In this document: positions 34,162 through 45,057 of the stretch, in pieces
How positions within the stretch are numbered: the stretch's first letter is position 1
Layout: the number at the start of each line of letters is the position of its first letter
Source: Candidatus Atelocyanobacterium thalassae
Lineage (GTDB): Bacteria; Cyanobacteriota; Cyanobacteriia; Cyanobacteriales; Microcystaceae
Direction of reading: 5' to 3'
Assembly: GCA_051971635.1 (NCBI GenBank)
Contig: JBFPLN010000001.1
Coordinates: forward strand, 224,001-288,000
DNA length: 64,000 nt
Program-made: the position numbers and the translations under genes
Notes under the pieces: generated by a model
What the model was told of the DNA's origin: nothing
The model's database searches: none
The model's input: only the letters and a program-made list of their open reading frames with translations

Positions 34162-35583
34162 TTACACATCATAATAAAGAGCAAATTCGTAAGGATGAGG
34201 ACGTAGACGCATAGGCTGAATTTCATTATCAAATTTATATTGAACCCAATTAGTAATGAAATCTTCTGTGAACACACCACTACTAGTCAAAAATTCATGA
34301 TCCTTTTCTAAACTTTCTAATGCTTTCTCAAGAGAAGGAGGTGTGGAAGGAATTTTATTCATTTCTTCAGGAGATAAATCATATATATCAATATCCAAAG
34401 AATGTCCCGGATCAATTTTATTTTTTACGCCATCAATTCCTGCGCATAGAATAGCTGAAAAACCTAAGTAAGGGTTACATGTTGCATCAGGACAACGAAA
34501 TTCTAGTCTTTTCGCTCTAGGATCAGGACCTGATATAGGAATACGAATGGATGCAGAACGATTTCCTTGAGAATAAGCAAGATTTACAGGAGCTTCAAAC
34601 CCAGGTACAAGACGTTTATAGGAGTTCGTAGTAGGATTAGTTATGGCTAAAAGTGCAGGAGCATGCTTTAAAATACCACCAATGTAATGTAATGCAGTTT
34701 CACTTAAATTTGCATAGCCATCGCCCCAAAAAAGAGGCTTTCCTTCTTTCCATATTGAATGATGAGCATGCATCCCTGAACCGTTATCATTAAATAAGGG
34801 CTTAGGCATAAATGTTACCGTTTTTCCATATTTTCTAGCTACATTTTTAATAACATACTTATAGATCATTAGATAATCTGCTGCTTCAATTAAAGGAGCA
34901 AATCGAAATCCTAATTCGTTTTGTCCCCCTGTAGCAACTTCATGATGGTGTTGCTCAATGGGAACACCACACTTTGCCATAGTTAATAGCATTTCTGTTC
35001 TCATGTCTTGCATAGTATCAGTTGGAGCAACAGGAAAATATGCTTGTTTGTAACTTGGCTTATAGCCTAAGTTACCTCCCTCTTCTTTTTTCCCTGTATT
35101 CCAGCGTCCTTCTATACTGTCAATATAGTAATAGGCTTGGTTCTCAGTTTGGTCAAAACGTATATCATCAAAAACAAAAAATTCTGCTTCTGGTCCAAAA
35201 TATGCAGTATCTCCAATACCTGTATCTTTTAGATAATTCACTGCTTTTTGGGCAATTGTACGAGGATCTCGACTATACCAATCTCCAGTGCGCGGTTCTT
35301 TAATTCCGCATGTAAGACTTAATGTTGGTTCTTTATAAAATGGATCAATCCAAGCTGTCTTTGGATCAGGAACCATACACATATCAGATTCATTAATGGT
35401 TTTCCAACCTCTAATGCTGGAGCCATCAAAAGGGACTCCTTCACTAAAAGAGTTTTCGTTAATTTGATTATGATAAAAAGAACAGTGTTGCCAAGTTCCA
35501 GGCATATCAATGAATTTAAGATCAATAATTTTAATATTTTGATCTTGCACCATTTTCAAGATTTCTTGAGCTGTTTGGGCCAT
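34162..35583 (-). CDS. glnA: Glutamine synthetase type I
   Basis: [55 protein letters not shown]. Confidence 0.98.
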   Translation of the reverse strand: MAQTAQEILKMVQDQNIKIIDLKFIDMPGTWQHCSFYHNQINENSFSEGVPFDGSSIRGWKTINESDMCMVPDPKTAWIDPFYKEPTLSLTCGIKEPRTGDWYSRDPRTIAQKAVNYLKDTGIGDTAYFGPEAEFFVFDDIRFDQTENQAYYYIDSIEGRWNTGKKEEGGNLGYKPSYKQAYFPVAPTDTMQDMRTEMLLTMAKCGVPIEQHHHEVATGGQNELGFRFAPLIEAADYLMIYKYVIKNVARKYGKTVTFMPKPLFNDNGSGMHAHHSIWKEGKPLFWGDGYANLSETALHYIGGILKHAPALLAITNPTTNSYKRLVPGFEAPVNLAYSQGNRSASIRIPISGPDPRAKRLEFRCPDATCNPYLGFSAILCAGIDGVKNKIDPGHSLDIDIYDLSPEEMNKIPSTPPSLEKALESLEKDHEFLTSSGVFTEDFITNWVQYKFDNEIQPMRLRPHPYEFALYYDV

Positions 35584-35855
35584 GTAAAACTCCTTAGAAT
35601 ACTAAAATATATACAGTAGCTTGATATGAGGTTTCGAACAACTGATAATACTGAGAGCTTTTTAAAGATTTTATGCAATCTGGTATTTGTCAGAGTTATT
35701 AAACTTATAGATAATATTAAATTGTGACAAAAATAAGAAAAAAAACCTATTTTCGTCCCATATGCCATATCTCTAAACTTAGAAAAAGTAGTTTAATCTA
35801 ATTAGATTAGCGATATAGTACAATTTGAAATAAGTTTATTGAATGTCTTTTATTA

Positions 35856-36533
35856 ATGCAGGTTTTATTCCAATTCAAATCCATTATTCGGCTTATTTCA
35901 ATCATATCTTTGAAACATTTCAAATATGATGTTAAACATTTCCTTACAAAAAAGCAATGGCAAAGTGTGATTGTTTATTTACTAGTATCTATAATAATTA
36001 CTTTTATGCTTGCTTGGAACTGGGAATTAATTTGTGCAACCTTGATAGGTATTAGCTTAATGATATTTATACAGAAAGCCCAAAATAAAAACTTTCAAAA
36101 CATTGTATTAAATTCGTATACATTCTTTAATAGCCCTAAAGGTAAATTAACTTTAGCTGCTATAGGTGGTTGTTTAGGAATACTTGGAAGCTATATAACT
36201 TTATCTATGTTATCTAGTATTAAAAATCGTTGGTTAGCGAGTGAACTAATTTTCCAAAATATAGGAATTTGTACAATATTGGCAATTCTTTTTTTACAAT
36301 TATTTGGTTTATCAGAGAAAAAACAAAATACTGAATATAAAAGATTAGTGTCTCAATTGACTGAAACCAATCCTTTAAAACGTTTAATTGCTGTACAGAA
36401 CATATCCTACTTACTTAAAAGGAAACAATTAACCACCAGTCAAGAGGAAGAAATATTAGAATACTTCGGAATTATTTTAAATCAAGAAGAAGAAATAATT
36501 ATTCGCCAAAATATCTTGAAAAGCTTATCTTAG
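35856..36533 (+). CDS. Hypothetical membrane protein
   Basis: 225-aa ORF with several hydrophobic segments and LTETNPLKRLIAV, resembling conserved cyanobacterial hypotheticals. Confidence 0.65.
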   Translation: MQVLFQFKSIIRLISIISLKHFKYDVKHFLTKKQWQSVIVYLLVSIIITFMLAWNWELICATLIGISLMIFIQKAQNKNFQNIVLNSYTFFNSPKGKLTLAAIGGCLGILGSYITLSMLSSIKNRWLASELIFQNIGICTILAILFLQLFGLSEKKQNTEYKRLVSQLTETNPLKRLIAVQNISYLLKRKQLTTSQEEEILEYFGIILNQEEEIIIRQNILKSLS

Positions 36534-36542
36534 GTCGGGTTT

Positions 36543-37226
36543 TTAAAGTTGTTTTGCAAAATGGTTAAGTTGTTTAAGATTAGTTAACGATAAGACTTGG
36601 TGGATAGTATTTATTTCAATACAACCTTGGTTCTGTAGCCGTATCATAATGTCCTGACATTCTTCATGAGAGATATTGGCAACGTCAGCTAGATCCTGAT
36701 TATTAATCTGTAAGATTTCTAATCCTTCGGCAGTTAATTTACCATAAGTTTCGGCAAATCTAATTAAGGTTTTAATTAATCTTATTTTTGGCTTTTGTTG
36801 GCGTAATTGAAATCGGCGATATAAATAGCGATATCTTTTAACGCTTAGTTGTAGCATCTTATGATGTACTTGAGGATCCTTAAATAGCATTTGTAAAAAG
36901 CGCTGAGCCGAAATACTTATCAAGTGAACTTTAGATAGAGCGATAACATCTATACATTTCAGAGGTTCGTCAAGTATCTCCATTTCTCCCCAAAAATCTC
37001 CTTTACTGAGAATTTCCAAAGTTAGCTCTTGGTTAGAATCGCGAGAACGGACTTTGACCCAACCAGAAACTATAAAGCAGATTGCTTTTCCACAGTCATT
37101 TTCCTTTATAACTTCTTCACTTTGGACATAGTGTTCTTCATCGGCGACGGATAATATCCATTCTATAGTTTCTGGACTTGCTACACTAAATAGGGGGAAT
37201 AGCTCTATGATTGCTTGAGTTTCCAT
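36543..37226 (-). CDS. Crp/Fnr family transcriptional regulator
   Basis: cNMP-binding barrel (FIVSGWVKVR, GDFWGEM) and C-terminal HTH (QDLADVANIS). Confidence 0.9.
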   Translation of the reverse strand: METQAIIELFPLFSVASPETIEWILSVADEEHYVQSEEVIKENDCGKAICFIVSGWVKVRSRDSNQELTLEILSKGDFWGEMEILDEPLKCIDVIALSKVHLISISAQRFLQMLFKDPQVHHKMLQLSVKRYRYLYRRFQLRQQKPKIRLIKTLIRFAETYGKLTAEGLEILQINNQDLADVANISHEECQDIMIRLQNQGCIEINTIHQVLSLTNLKQLNHFAKQL

Positions 37227-37589
37227 TAAAGGTGCTTTAAGATGGCACTAAATAAAAGGTTAAGAGGTGTTAATTGATTGATTTTATCTTTTTGTTTCAA
37301 TCTTTTAATCAATGATAAACCCCATAGATACTCTAAGTCTAGAGTCACTAGAATAGTATAGCGAAGAAAATCTAGTAAAATTTAAAAAATATACAGTTTT
37401 TAAAGAAATATTAACTAGATTTATTTTTTAAATAAATGATTCAAAAGTATTGTCTAGTGAATAGTATTAATAAAATACTATGAAAATAATATATTTTTCA
37501 TTCTTTTTATATCTGTAGATGCTAGAATATCGTCTAAATATAATGTTATAAGATAACCTATAAAATTAAGTAGAGATAAATAAATACTC

Positions 37590-38279
37590 ATGATGTTAGA
37601 CCAATTCCGTAATTACTATCCTCAAGGAAGTTTAATTAGTGAGCTAATAACTATTGATCATGGAAAATATATCGTTAGAGTATTAGTTCAAATTAATGGT
37701 GTTATTTTAGGAACAGGTCTAGCTGCAGATAACATAATAGAAACAGCTGAAGATCGTGCTGTAGGTAGAGCCTTAAGAAGTATAGAACTAACAGTTAAAT
37801 CTTCAACTAAGCTTGAAACTGTTATTCATGAGAATAACTTAGACATAAAATCTAAAGATATTCTTCTAAATTCCTCAGAAAAACTAATAAAATCTTCAAA
37901 TATAGAAAAGAATAAGCAAGGTAGTGATAACTTTTTTGAACCAGATCTTAAAGCTTTAGCTGAAATAGAAGAATATGATCAAGAAGTTGCCAATTTTGAA
38001 GTGACTGACAAAATAAGCAACTTAAAAGAAGACGATATCTCTTCCTCTCATCTTAATGAAAATAATATTTCTTTTGAGTCTGAAACAAACGAAGAATCTC
38101 TTGACTTTTCAGAAATTATTGCCCGTTCCAATATAGAATTGAAACGAGTAAAATGGACAACAGAACAAGGTAGAGATTATTTAATCAAAACTTACGGGAA
38201 AAGATCTCGTCAAGTACTTTCTGACAAAGAACTTTTAGATTTTCTCCATTATTTAGAAAATCTTCCAACACCCACCTAG
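37590..38279 (+). CDS. Conserved cyanobacterial hypothetical protein
   Basis: N-terminal FRNYYPQGSLISEL and C-terminal WTTEQGRDYLIKTYGKRSR, joined by a low-complexity linker. Confidence 0.75.
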   Translation: MMLDQFRNYYPQGSLISELITIDHGKYIVRVLVQINGVILGTGLAADNIIETAEDRAVGRALRSIELTVKSSTKLETVIHENNLDIKSKDILLNSSEKLIKSSNIEKNKQGSDNFFEPDLKALAEIEEYDQEVANFEVTDKISNLKEDDISSSHLNENNISFESETNEESLDFSEIIARSNIELKRVKWTTEQGRDYLIKTYGKRSRQVLSDKELLDFLHYLENLPTPT

Positions 38280-38292
38280 TTAAATTACTTTC

Positions 38293-38332
38293 TATCAGAT
38301 AGAGGTAAATCATTAAGCACCCCTATCTGATA
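38293..38332. terminator. Hairpin between the convergent hypothetical gene and clpP
   Basis: tatcagatag...ctatctgata, 10-bp outer stem. Confidence 0.55.
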
Positions 38333-38337
38333 AATAT

Positions 38338-38946
38338 TTAAAGAAAAGAACTTGCAGAGTCAGTTGCTGAGGGACCACGACTAATGACTTGGTCAATTAA
38401 TCCATAACTTTTTGCTTCTTCTGAAGACATAAAAAAGTCTCGTTCTGTATCTTCGGCAATTTTGCTTAAAGGCTGTCCAGTATGATCGGCAAGATGATTA
38501 TTGAGAAGACTTTTAAGATAAAGGATTTCTTTAGCTTGTATCTCAATATCTGTAGCTTGTCCTTGAGCGCCGCCTAAAGGCTGATGAATCATGATACGAG
38601 AATTAGGTAAACTCATTCTTTTTCCTTTAGCTCCAGCGCTAAGAAGGAATGCTCCCATACTGGCTGCTAAGCCGATACAAATAGTACATACATCGGGCTG
38701 AATTTGATTCATTGTATCAAAAATTCCTAGTCCAGAAGATACAGAGCCACCAGGAGAATTGATATACAAATAAATATCTTTTTCAGGATCTTCTGCCTCA
38801 AGAAATAATAGCTGAGCTACAATTAAATTGGAATTTTCATCCCTAACTTCTTGTCCCAGAAATACAATGCGTTCTCGTAAAAGACGAGAATAAATATCAA
38901 ATGCGCGTTCACCACGGCCGGAGGTTTCAATAACGGTAGGAATCAT
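38338..38946 (-). CDS. clpP: ATP-dependent Clp protease proteolytic subunit
   Basis: [37 protein letters not shown]. Confidence 0.97.
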   Translation of the reverse strand: MIPTVIETSGRGERAFDIYSRLLRERIVFLGQEVRDENSNLIVAQLLFLEAEDPEKDIYLYINSPGGSVSSGLGIFDTMNQIQPDVCTICIGLAASMGAFLLSAGAKGKRMSLPNSRIMIHQPLGGAQGQATDIEIQAKEILYLKSLLNNHLADHTGQPLSKIAEDTERDFFMSSEEAKSYGLIDQVISRGPSATDSASSFL

Positions 38947-39177
38947 GGGGCCTTTTTTTATGTTTGTTATGATCTTAGCGATTTTATCTACACAAGACCA
39001 TAATAAATTATGACGATGTTTAAATTAAATTATTAAAGTTAACAAAAAAAGGTATTTGATAAATTTATAAGATATAAGATTAAATTTATTATGTAATTAC
39101 ATACATTCTATTAAGTATCAGTTTGCTAATGACTTAATCTTAAATTTAATATTTGAATTATTTTTATTAGCTTCCAT

Positions 39178-39594
39178 CTAAAATATCTTTTGGAATGTCT
39201 TTATAGACTCTAGTTGTTGATTTTTTTGCTGTAATTGTATAGCAACAGAGTTACATACTAAATCACATAATGAGAAAACTAATGGATTTGCGATCGCATA
39301 AAATACATTAACACCTTCTTGAGTTCTCGTAACAATACCAGCTTGAGATAATACTTTTAAGTGCTTAGAAACATTAGCTTGTCCTAACTCAGTAATCTCA
39401 ATAATTTGAGAGACATTTTTACCTCCATTTTTTAGCGCGCAAATGATTTGCAACCTGCTAACTTCTGATAAAACCTTAAAAAAGTCTGCAATTATTGTTA
39501 AAACAGCGGGAGATAAATTAGATATTTCTCCTTTTTCCAAGAAATTCATCTTAGGAGTGTATTGGGAGTAGGTCATTTCTAATATACTTTCCAT
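39178..39594 (-). CDS. ArsR/SmtB family transcriptional regulator
   Basis: FFKVLSEVSRLQII, GQANVSKHLKVL winged HTH. Confidence 0.9.
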   Translation of the reverse strand: MESILEMTYSQYTPKMNFLEKGEISNLSPAVLTIIADFFKVLSEVSRLQIICALKNGGKNVSQIIEITELGQANVSKHLKVLSQAGIVTRTQEGVNVFYAIANPLVFSLCDLVCNSVAIQLQQKNQQLESIKTFQKIF

Positions 39595-39723
39595 GGAAGC
39601 AATAAACTGTGTAAATACTTGGCAAGCCCCATTATAGTCTAATTAGTCTCAATTTCCTATATTACCAAATAGTTATTGACTAAGCTAAAAATAGTTATTC
39701 TTTGAATAATCAAGACTAAAATA

Positions 39724-40473
39724 ATGAAGCTATTAGACGATGAGGAAGTAATGAAGTTAGAACAGTTATTAACTAAATATAATTTAGGAGAAAGAGATTT
39801 TCAAAATATATGTTTAAGAGAAGTAGATTTAACAGAGGTTAATCTTCCCAATATTAATTTAGAAGCCGCTGATATGAGACAAAGCCGCTTTGGAAAAAGT
39901 AATTTTAATGAGGCAATATTTAAAAAAGCTGATTTAAGTGAATCTATTATTTGGGGAACTAATTTAAAAAATTCTAATTTGTCTAAAGCTATTTTAAGAG
40001 ATACAGACCTCAGTGGAGCAGAGCTTACTAGTACAAATCTTACAAATGCATATTTATGTAGAGCTAGTTTATGCGGAGCAAATCTAGCAAAAGCAAACTT
40101 ATCATATGCTGTACTATATGAGGTAGATTTACGTCCTCTTTCTAATAGGAGAACTAATTTAGGACAAGCAAATTTAAGTCATACTGATTTATGTTATGCC
40201 AAACTAAGTTCAGCTTTGCTCTTTAGAGCTGATTTATCAGGAGCAAAGCTATGTCGGGCAGAACTAAATCAAGATCCTTATAAGTTTCCGTTCTCAACAG
40301 ATTTAACAGAAGCTAATTTACAAGGAGCGGATTTAAGTTATGCAGACTTAAGCAATGCTATTTTAGTTAATGCTAATTTAAAAAATGCAGACTTAACTGG
40401 TACTAATCTTAAGGGAGCAAAATTGCAAGGAACTATTATGCCAAATGGAAGTACATATAACTTATCCATTTAG
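39724..40473 (+). CDS. Pentapeptide repeat protein
   Basis: Tandem A(N/D)LxX repeats; N-terminal GERDF and C-terminal MPNG. Confidence 0.92.
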   Translation: MKLLDDEEVMKLEQLLTKYNLGERDFQNICLREVDLTEVNLPNINLEAADMRQSRFGKSNFNEAIFKKADLSESIIWGTNLKNSNLSKAILRDTDLSGAELTSTNLTNAYLCRASLCGANLAKANLSYAVLYEVDLRPLSNRRTNLGQANLSHTDLCYAKLSSALLFRADLSGAKLCRAELNQDPYKFPFSTDLTEANLQGADLSYADLSNAILVNANLKNADLTGTNLKGAKLQGTIMPNGSTYNLSI

Positions 40474-40701
40474 TTTAAGTAAATAATATTTTTTGAGGAT
40501 TGCATAAAATTATTTTTCATAAATTCTCCGTAAGATTTTTTCAAATATTCGAAAAATAATATGATAAAGTCTAAATTTTTAATAAAAGTATCATATGAAC
40601 AAGACAAGTATCATATTAACTTGTCATATTTTTAATCTATTGTAAAATTAAAAGTTGGTGTAAAAAACATTTTGTAGTAAATGTAAATCAGGATAGCTAT
40701 T

Positions 40702-41160
40702 ATGTCTAAACGAGTTCCAATGGTCCTAAACGAGTCTATTAGTAAACTAGGAAAGAGCGGTGATCTAGTAGAAGTTGCCCCAGGATATGCTAGAAACTAC
40801 CTTCTTCCTAAAAAATTAGCTGTTATTGCTACCAATAGCATTCTTAAGCAAGTTGAACAACGTAAGGAAAAAGAAGCTCAAAGACTTTTATTAGTAAAAA
40901 AAGTAGCAGAAGAACAGAAAGTTTCTTTAGAGACAATTAAATGTTTTACCATTAACAAGCAAGTTGGAGAAGGAGAAGCAATTTTCGGAACTGTAACTAA
41001 TCAAGAAGTCGTAGAGATTATACAAAAAACAACTAATCAAGAAATAGATCGCCGAGGTATCAACTTGCCTGAGATTAGTCAAATTGGCTCTTATGAAGCA
41101 ACTATAAAACTTCATCCAGAAGTAATTGCTACTATTGAAATTAAAGTAATACCTTCTTAA
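40702..41160 (+). CDS. rplI: 50S ribosomal protein L9
   Basis: [33 protein letters not shown]. Confidence 0.97.
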   Translation: MSKRVPMVLNESISKLGKSGDLVEVAPGYARNYLLPKKLAVIATNSILKQVEQRKEKEAQRLLLVKKVAEEQKVSLETIKCFTINKQVGEGEAIFGTVTNQEVVEIIQKTTNQEIDRRGINLPEISQIGSYEATIKLHPEVIATIEIKVIPS

Positions 41161-41523
41161 GAATATATTCTTTAGTTATTAGAGCTTTTTAAAAAGCTGG
41201 CTTAAATCAAGCAAGTATATAAAAGCTTCAGTATAATACTCTAAAATCTTGTAGCACTTAATTTTACCCTAAAGATTACTCATAATTATTTAAAAAATCA
41301 TTTAACTTTCTTTATTGAGAATATTCTAAATGAGAAAATTATTAACTACTTTTTGTTCTTTTACAAATTACTAAATAAAATTGTTTCTAAGGGTTAAATT
41401 GAAAATAATATTTTTCATTTTAGTCAATTCTTGCTTATTTATTTGAATAGGGAATTAAAAGTTACTTAGGTTTCTAAAATAACTTTATTTTTATTAAATA
41501 AAATATTTAAAGAATAATCTTAT

Positions 41524-41610
41524 TTAAATTTTAAAGCTACTAATTTTGACCTTTAGATTTATTTTAACAATATAAATCTAAAGGTCAAAATTAGTAGCTT
41601 TAAAATTTAA
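41524..41610. repeat. Perfect inverted repeat, 39-bp arms, 9-nt loop
   Basis: 41524-41562 is the exact reverse complement of 41572-41610; ends about 170 nt upstream of zwf. Confidence 0.95.
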
Positions 41611-41777
41611 CCATATGGGTAGAGAATATATTAAGACTTAAAATTTGACATTGGAAAGAAGCTACTGATGAATTACACAGTTTATTATTATCAAAGCTTA
41701 ATTTTGTGTAATAACTTCGCTTCCTTCAGAAAAGTTTTAGTTAGACTGAAAACTATTGAGGAGGCAAAGTAAAGCTT

Positions 41778-43307
41778 ATGGTAACATTATTAGAAAATCC
41801 ATTTCGCATTGGACTACGCCAAGAGAGAAACCCACAACCCTTAATACTAGTAATTTTTGGTGCATCTGGTGATTTAACCCAGCGTAAACTTGTTCCTGCA
41901 CTCTACAAAATGAAACAGGAACGAAGATTACCTCCAGAGTTAACTATAGTAGGGGTTGCTCGTCGGGATTGGAGTCACGATTATTTTAGAGAGAAGATGC
42001 TGGAAGGAATTGAAGAATTCTCTGATGGCATTGGGAATAAAGAATTGTGGGATGATTTTGCTGAAGGTCTATATTATTGTTCAGGTAATATGGATGAACC
42101 AGAAAGTTATCAAAAATTAAAAACTTTCTTAAAAGAGTTAGATAACAAGAGAGGTACTAGAGGCAATCGCGTATTTTATTTATCTGTTTCTCCTAGCTTC
42201 TTTCCACCTGGTATTAAGCAATTAGGTGCAGCCGGGATGTTAAATGATCCTTTAAAGCATAGAATTGTTATTGAAAAGCCTTTTGGTAAAGACTTAAGTT
42301 CAGCTAAAGTCCTAAATCGTATAGTCCAAAATGTTTGTAAAGAAGAACAAGTCTATCGAATTGATCATTACCTAGGAAAGGAAACTGTACAAAATTTATT
42401 AGTTTTTCGTTTTGCTAATGCAATTTTTGAACCTTTATGGAATCGCCAATTCGTAGATCATGTTCAAATTACAGTAGCTGAAACTGTTGGAGTAGAAGAT
42501 AGGGCAGGTTATTATGATACTTCTGGAGCTTTGCGAGATATGTTACAAAACCATCTCATGCAGCTCTTCTGTTTAACTGCCATGGAGCCTCCTAATGCTT
42601 TAAATGCTGATAGTATACGTAATGAAAAAGTTAAAGTGCTACAAGCAACTAACTTAGCTGATACTCATAATTTAGAGAATTCAGCTATTCGTGGACAATA
42701 CAAAGCAGGTTGGATGAAAGGCAAGCCTGTTCCAGGATATTTAGAAGAATCAGGAGTTCCTTTAAATTCTTCAACACCTACCTATGTAGCCATGAAACTA
42801 ATGGTAGATAATTGGAGATGGAAGGGAGTACCTTTTTACCTCAGAACTGGGAAAAGATTACCTAAAAAGGTAACTGAAATATCTATTCAATTTAAAGATG
42901 TACCATTTCTTATTTTTCAATCAGCAGCTTACCAAACGAATCCTAATATTCTAAGTATGCGTATTCAACCGAATGAAGGTATAGCTCTGAAATTTGAAGC
43001 AAAGATGCCAGGTTCGGAACTCCGTACTCGTTCAGTAGAAATGGATTTTAATTACGGCTCTTCATTCGGTATGACCACATCAGATGCATATCATCGTCTT
43101 TTATTAGATGCCATGCTAGGAGATCAGACTTTATTTACTCGTGCTGACGAGGTTGAAGAGGCATGGCGTGTTGTTAGCCCTGTTCTTTCTGTATGGGATA
43201 GTCCAGCTGAGCCTAACAGCGTTCCTCAGTATGAAGCTGGAACATGGGAACCTACAGAAGCAGAATTGTTAATGAATCGTGATGGTCGTCGTTGGCGACG
43301 CTTGTAA
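41778..43307 (+). CDS. zwf: Glucose-6-phosphate 1-dehydrogenase
   Basis: [43 protein letters not shown]. Confidence 0.98.
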   Translation: MVTLLENPFRIGLRQERNPQPLILVIFGASGDLTQRKLVPALYKMKQERRLPPELTIVGVARRDWSHDYFREKMLEGIEEFSDGIGNKELWDDFAEGLYYCSGNMDEPESYQKLKTFLKELDNKRGTRGNRVFYLSVSPSFFPPGIKQLGAAGMLNDPLKHRIVIEKPFGKDLSSAKVLNRIVQNVCKEEQVYRIDHYLGKETVQNLLVFRFANAIFEPLWNRQFVDHVQITVAETVGVEDRAGYYDTSGALRDMLQNHLMQLFCLTAMEPPNALNADSIRNEKVKVLQATNLADTHNLENSAIRGQYKAGWMKGKPVPGYLEESGVPLNSSTPTYVAMKLMVDNWRWKGVPFYLRTGKRLPKKVTEISIQFKDVPFLIFQSAAYQTNPNILSMRIQPNEGIALKFEAKMPGSELRTRSVEMDFNYGSSFGMTTSDAYHRLLLDAMLGDQTLFTRADEVEEAWRVVSPVLSVWDSPAEPNSVPQYEAGTWEPTEAELLMNRDGRRWRRL

Positions 43308-43380
43308 TAGAAATTAGGAATTTTTCCTGCTTAGTTGATTTCTTACCCAACCAATAACTTCCTCCCATAACAGAACAATT

Positions 43381-44739
43381 ATGACTACTCAAACCCTCCC
43401 AATCGTTTCCTTGCAAGATCCCAAGGATGTTTCTATAAATGTCATTGAGGCGGAACTAAGCAATATTTGGCAAAGTTATAATAATAGCGATGATGGAATC
43501 ATAGCTACCCGTGCTAATACATTTACCTTTATTATTTATGAGCCTGGACCTACTCAGTATCTATTAGCTGTTCTTGGTTTCTATACAGGTACTATTGATG
43601 GTATAGTTGGTCCTCGTACTATCGCTGCAATTAAATCTGCAGAAGAAACATACAATCTAAAAGTAACAGGCAAATCTAGTGAAGAGTTTATTCTTAAATT
43701 GCAATCAGAATTTAAACAAGCTAAAACTAAGGGACAGCTTAGTGATTTGCAAAAGATTACTGCTCAGTCCTATTCTCCTGACTTAGAAGAAACAGGTTTA
43801 GCCAATTTTAATCCATGTAGAGTAATAACAATTCGTCCTACTGTTGATGGTAATGATGAAGTTAAGGCACAAGTGTCTGCTTCCTGTCCTATTAATAAGC
43901 AAGGTAACCATACTCTAGCTTGCTGCGAATACATTACATTACAAGGAAGTGCTGATGCTTTAGAAAAGATTAGTGATGTTATCTCAAGCTTAAGTATTGA
44001 TGGATTACCTACATGTACTTGGTGGAAAGCTATTCCTGAACCAGAATATGAACTTTTTAAAAAGTTAGCTTCCCAAAGCAATACTTTAGTAGTAGATTCT
44101 AGCACCTTTAGTAATTCAATAACCCAATTAGCAAAATTAGGCAAAATGTTAGAACAAAATTTGCCTCTAGCTGATTTAAACTGGGTAAGGCTTAGTCCAT
44201 GGCAAGAGCTAACAGCTGCCGCTTTTGACCCTCCAGAACGTCGTAATGCTGTTTTAGAAATTGACCGTATTGCTATTGATTATGAGAAAGGAAATTCAGC
44301 TCAAGCATTAATGTACTTAGGTTGGGTTGCTAGTCGTTTACAATGGCAGCCTATCGCTTATGAATATGAAGAAGGTGATTACAACATTTGTAGAGTTAAG
44401 CTTCTTAATAGTGAACAAAGAAGCATAGAAGCTGAATTATCTGGAATTCCTCTAGCAGATTGGGGTGATGTGTTAGGAGATCTAATTAGCTTGAAATTAA
44501 GCTCTACAAATTCACAAGCAGACTGTTGTACAGTATTATGTTCTGGTACCACTGGATGTATGCGAATGGAGGCATCTGGTGGTGCTCAAGCTTGTCGCAT
44601 AGAGCAAGTAACATCTCTAGCAGATCAAAAGACCGATAATTTGATTCAAAGACAACTTCAAAGATGGGGTACAGATGCCTTGTATAAAGAAAGCATGGAA
44701 GTTGTTTCTTCTATGCTTAAGTTAGCTCTCAATCAATAA
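43381..44739 (+). CDS. opcA: G6PDH assembly/activator protein OpcA
   Basis: Directly downstream of zwf; NPCRVI, CCEYITL, DLNWVRLSPWQELTA, CCTVLCS. Confidence 0.92.
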   Translation: MTTQTLPIVSLQDPKDVSINVIEAELSNIWQSYNNSDDGIIATRANTFTFIIYEPGPTQYLLAVLGFYTGTIDGIVGPRTIAAIKSAEETYNLKVTGKSSEEFILKLQSEFKQAKTKGQLSDLQKITAQSYSPDLEETGLANFNPCRVITIRPTVDGNDEVKAQVSASCPINKQGNHTLACCEYITLQGSADALEKISDVISSLSIDGLPTCTWWKAIPEPEYELFKKLASQSNTLVVDSSTFSNSITQLAKLGKMLEQNLPLADLNWVRLSPWQELTAAAFDPPERRNAVLEIDRIAIDYEKGNSAQALMYLGWVASRLQWQPIAYEYEEGDYNICRVKLLNSEQRSIEAELSGIPLADWGDVLGDLISLKLSSTNSQADCCTVLCSGTTGCMRMEASGGAQACRIEQVTSLADQKTDNLIQRQLQRWGTDALYKESMEVVSSMLKLALNQ

Positions 44740-44763
44740 TTAAAAATTAAGTGTTGTATTTAC

Positions 44764-44804
44764 AAGTGGGATTAGAAAACTTATATATTCTAATCCCACT
44801 TTTC
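44764..44804 (+). terminator. Rho-independent terminator of zwf-opcA
   Basis: aagtgggattagaa-10 nt-ttctaatcccactt followed by ttt. Confidence 0.75.
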
Positions 44805-45057
44805 ATCAATTTTAGAAATAATTTAAGTTACTAAATTCTATTATGGGAATATATTTTTATTAATAAGAATAGATCAATGCATAAGAATAACTGAAGCTTA
44901 AACATCTTCGTATACTAGCTTTTAGCCTAAGGGATTAAATGTTGTATACGTCACTAGATATTCAATCTTTAAAGTAAGATATAGTGTGATGTCTTTTTAA
45001 ACATAAGAATCATGAAAATGGTTCTACTTTATAAATGATAAGTGTATACTCAAATTT

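Noticed and set aside
31844..35768. ORFs 31844-32041 and 35556-35768 as leader or regulatory peptides
   Set aside because: They overlap starts of real genes in other frames or strands, have random-like composition and no supporting signals.
39724..40473. Repetitive DNA pattern with about 15-nt periodicity
   Set aside because: Fully explained by the pentapeptide-repeat protein.
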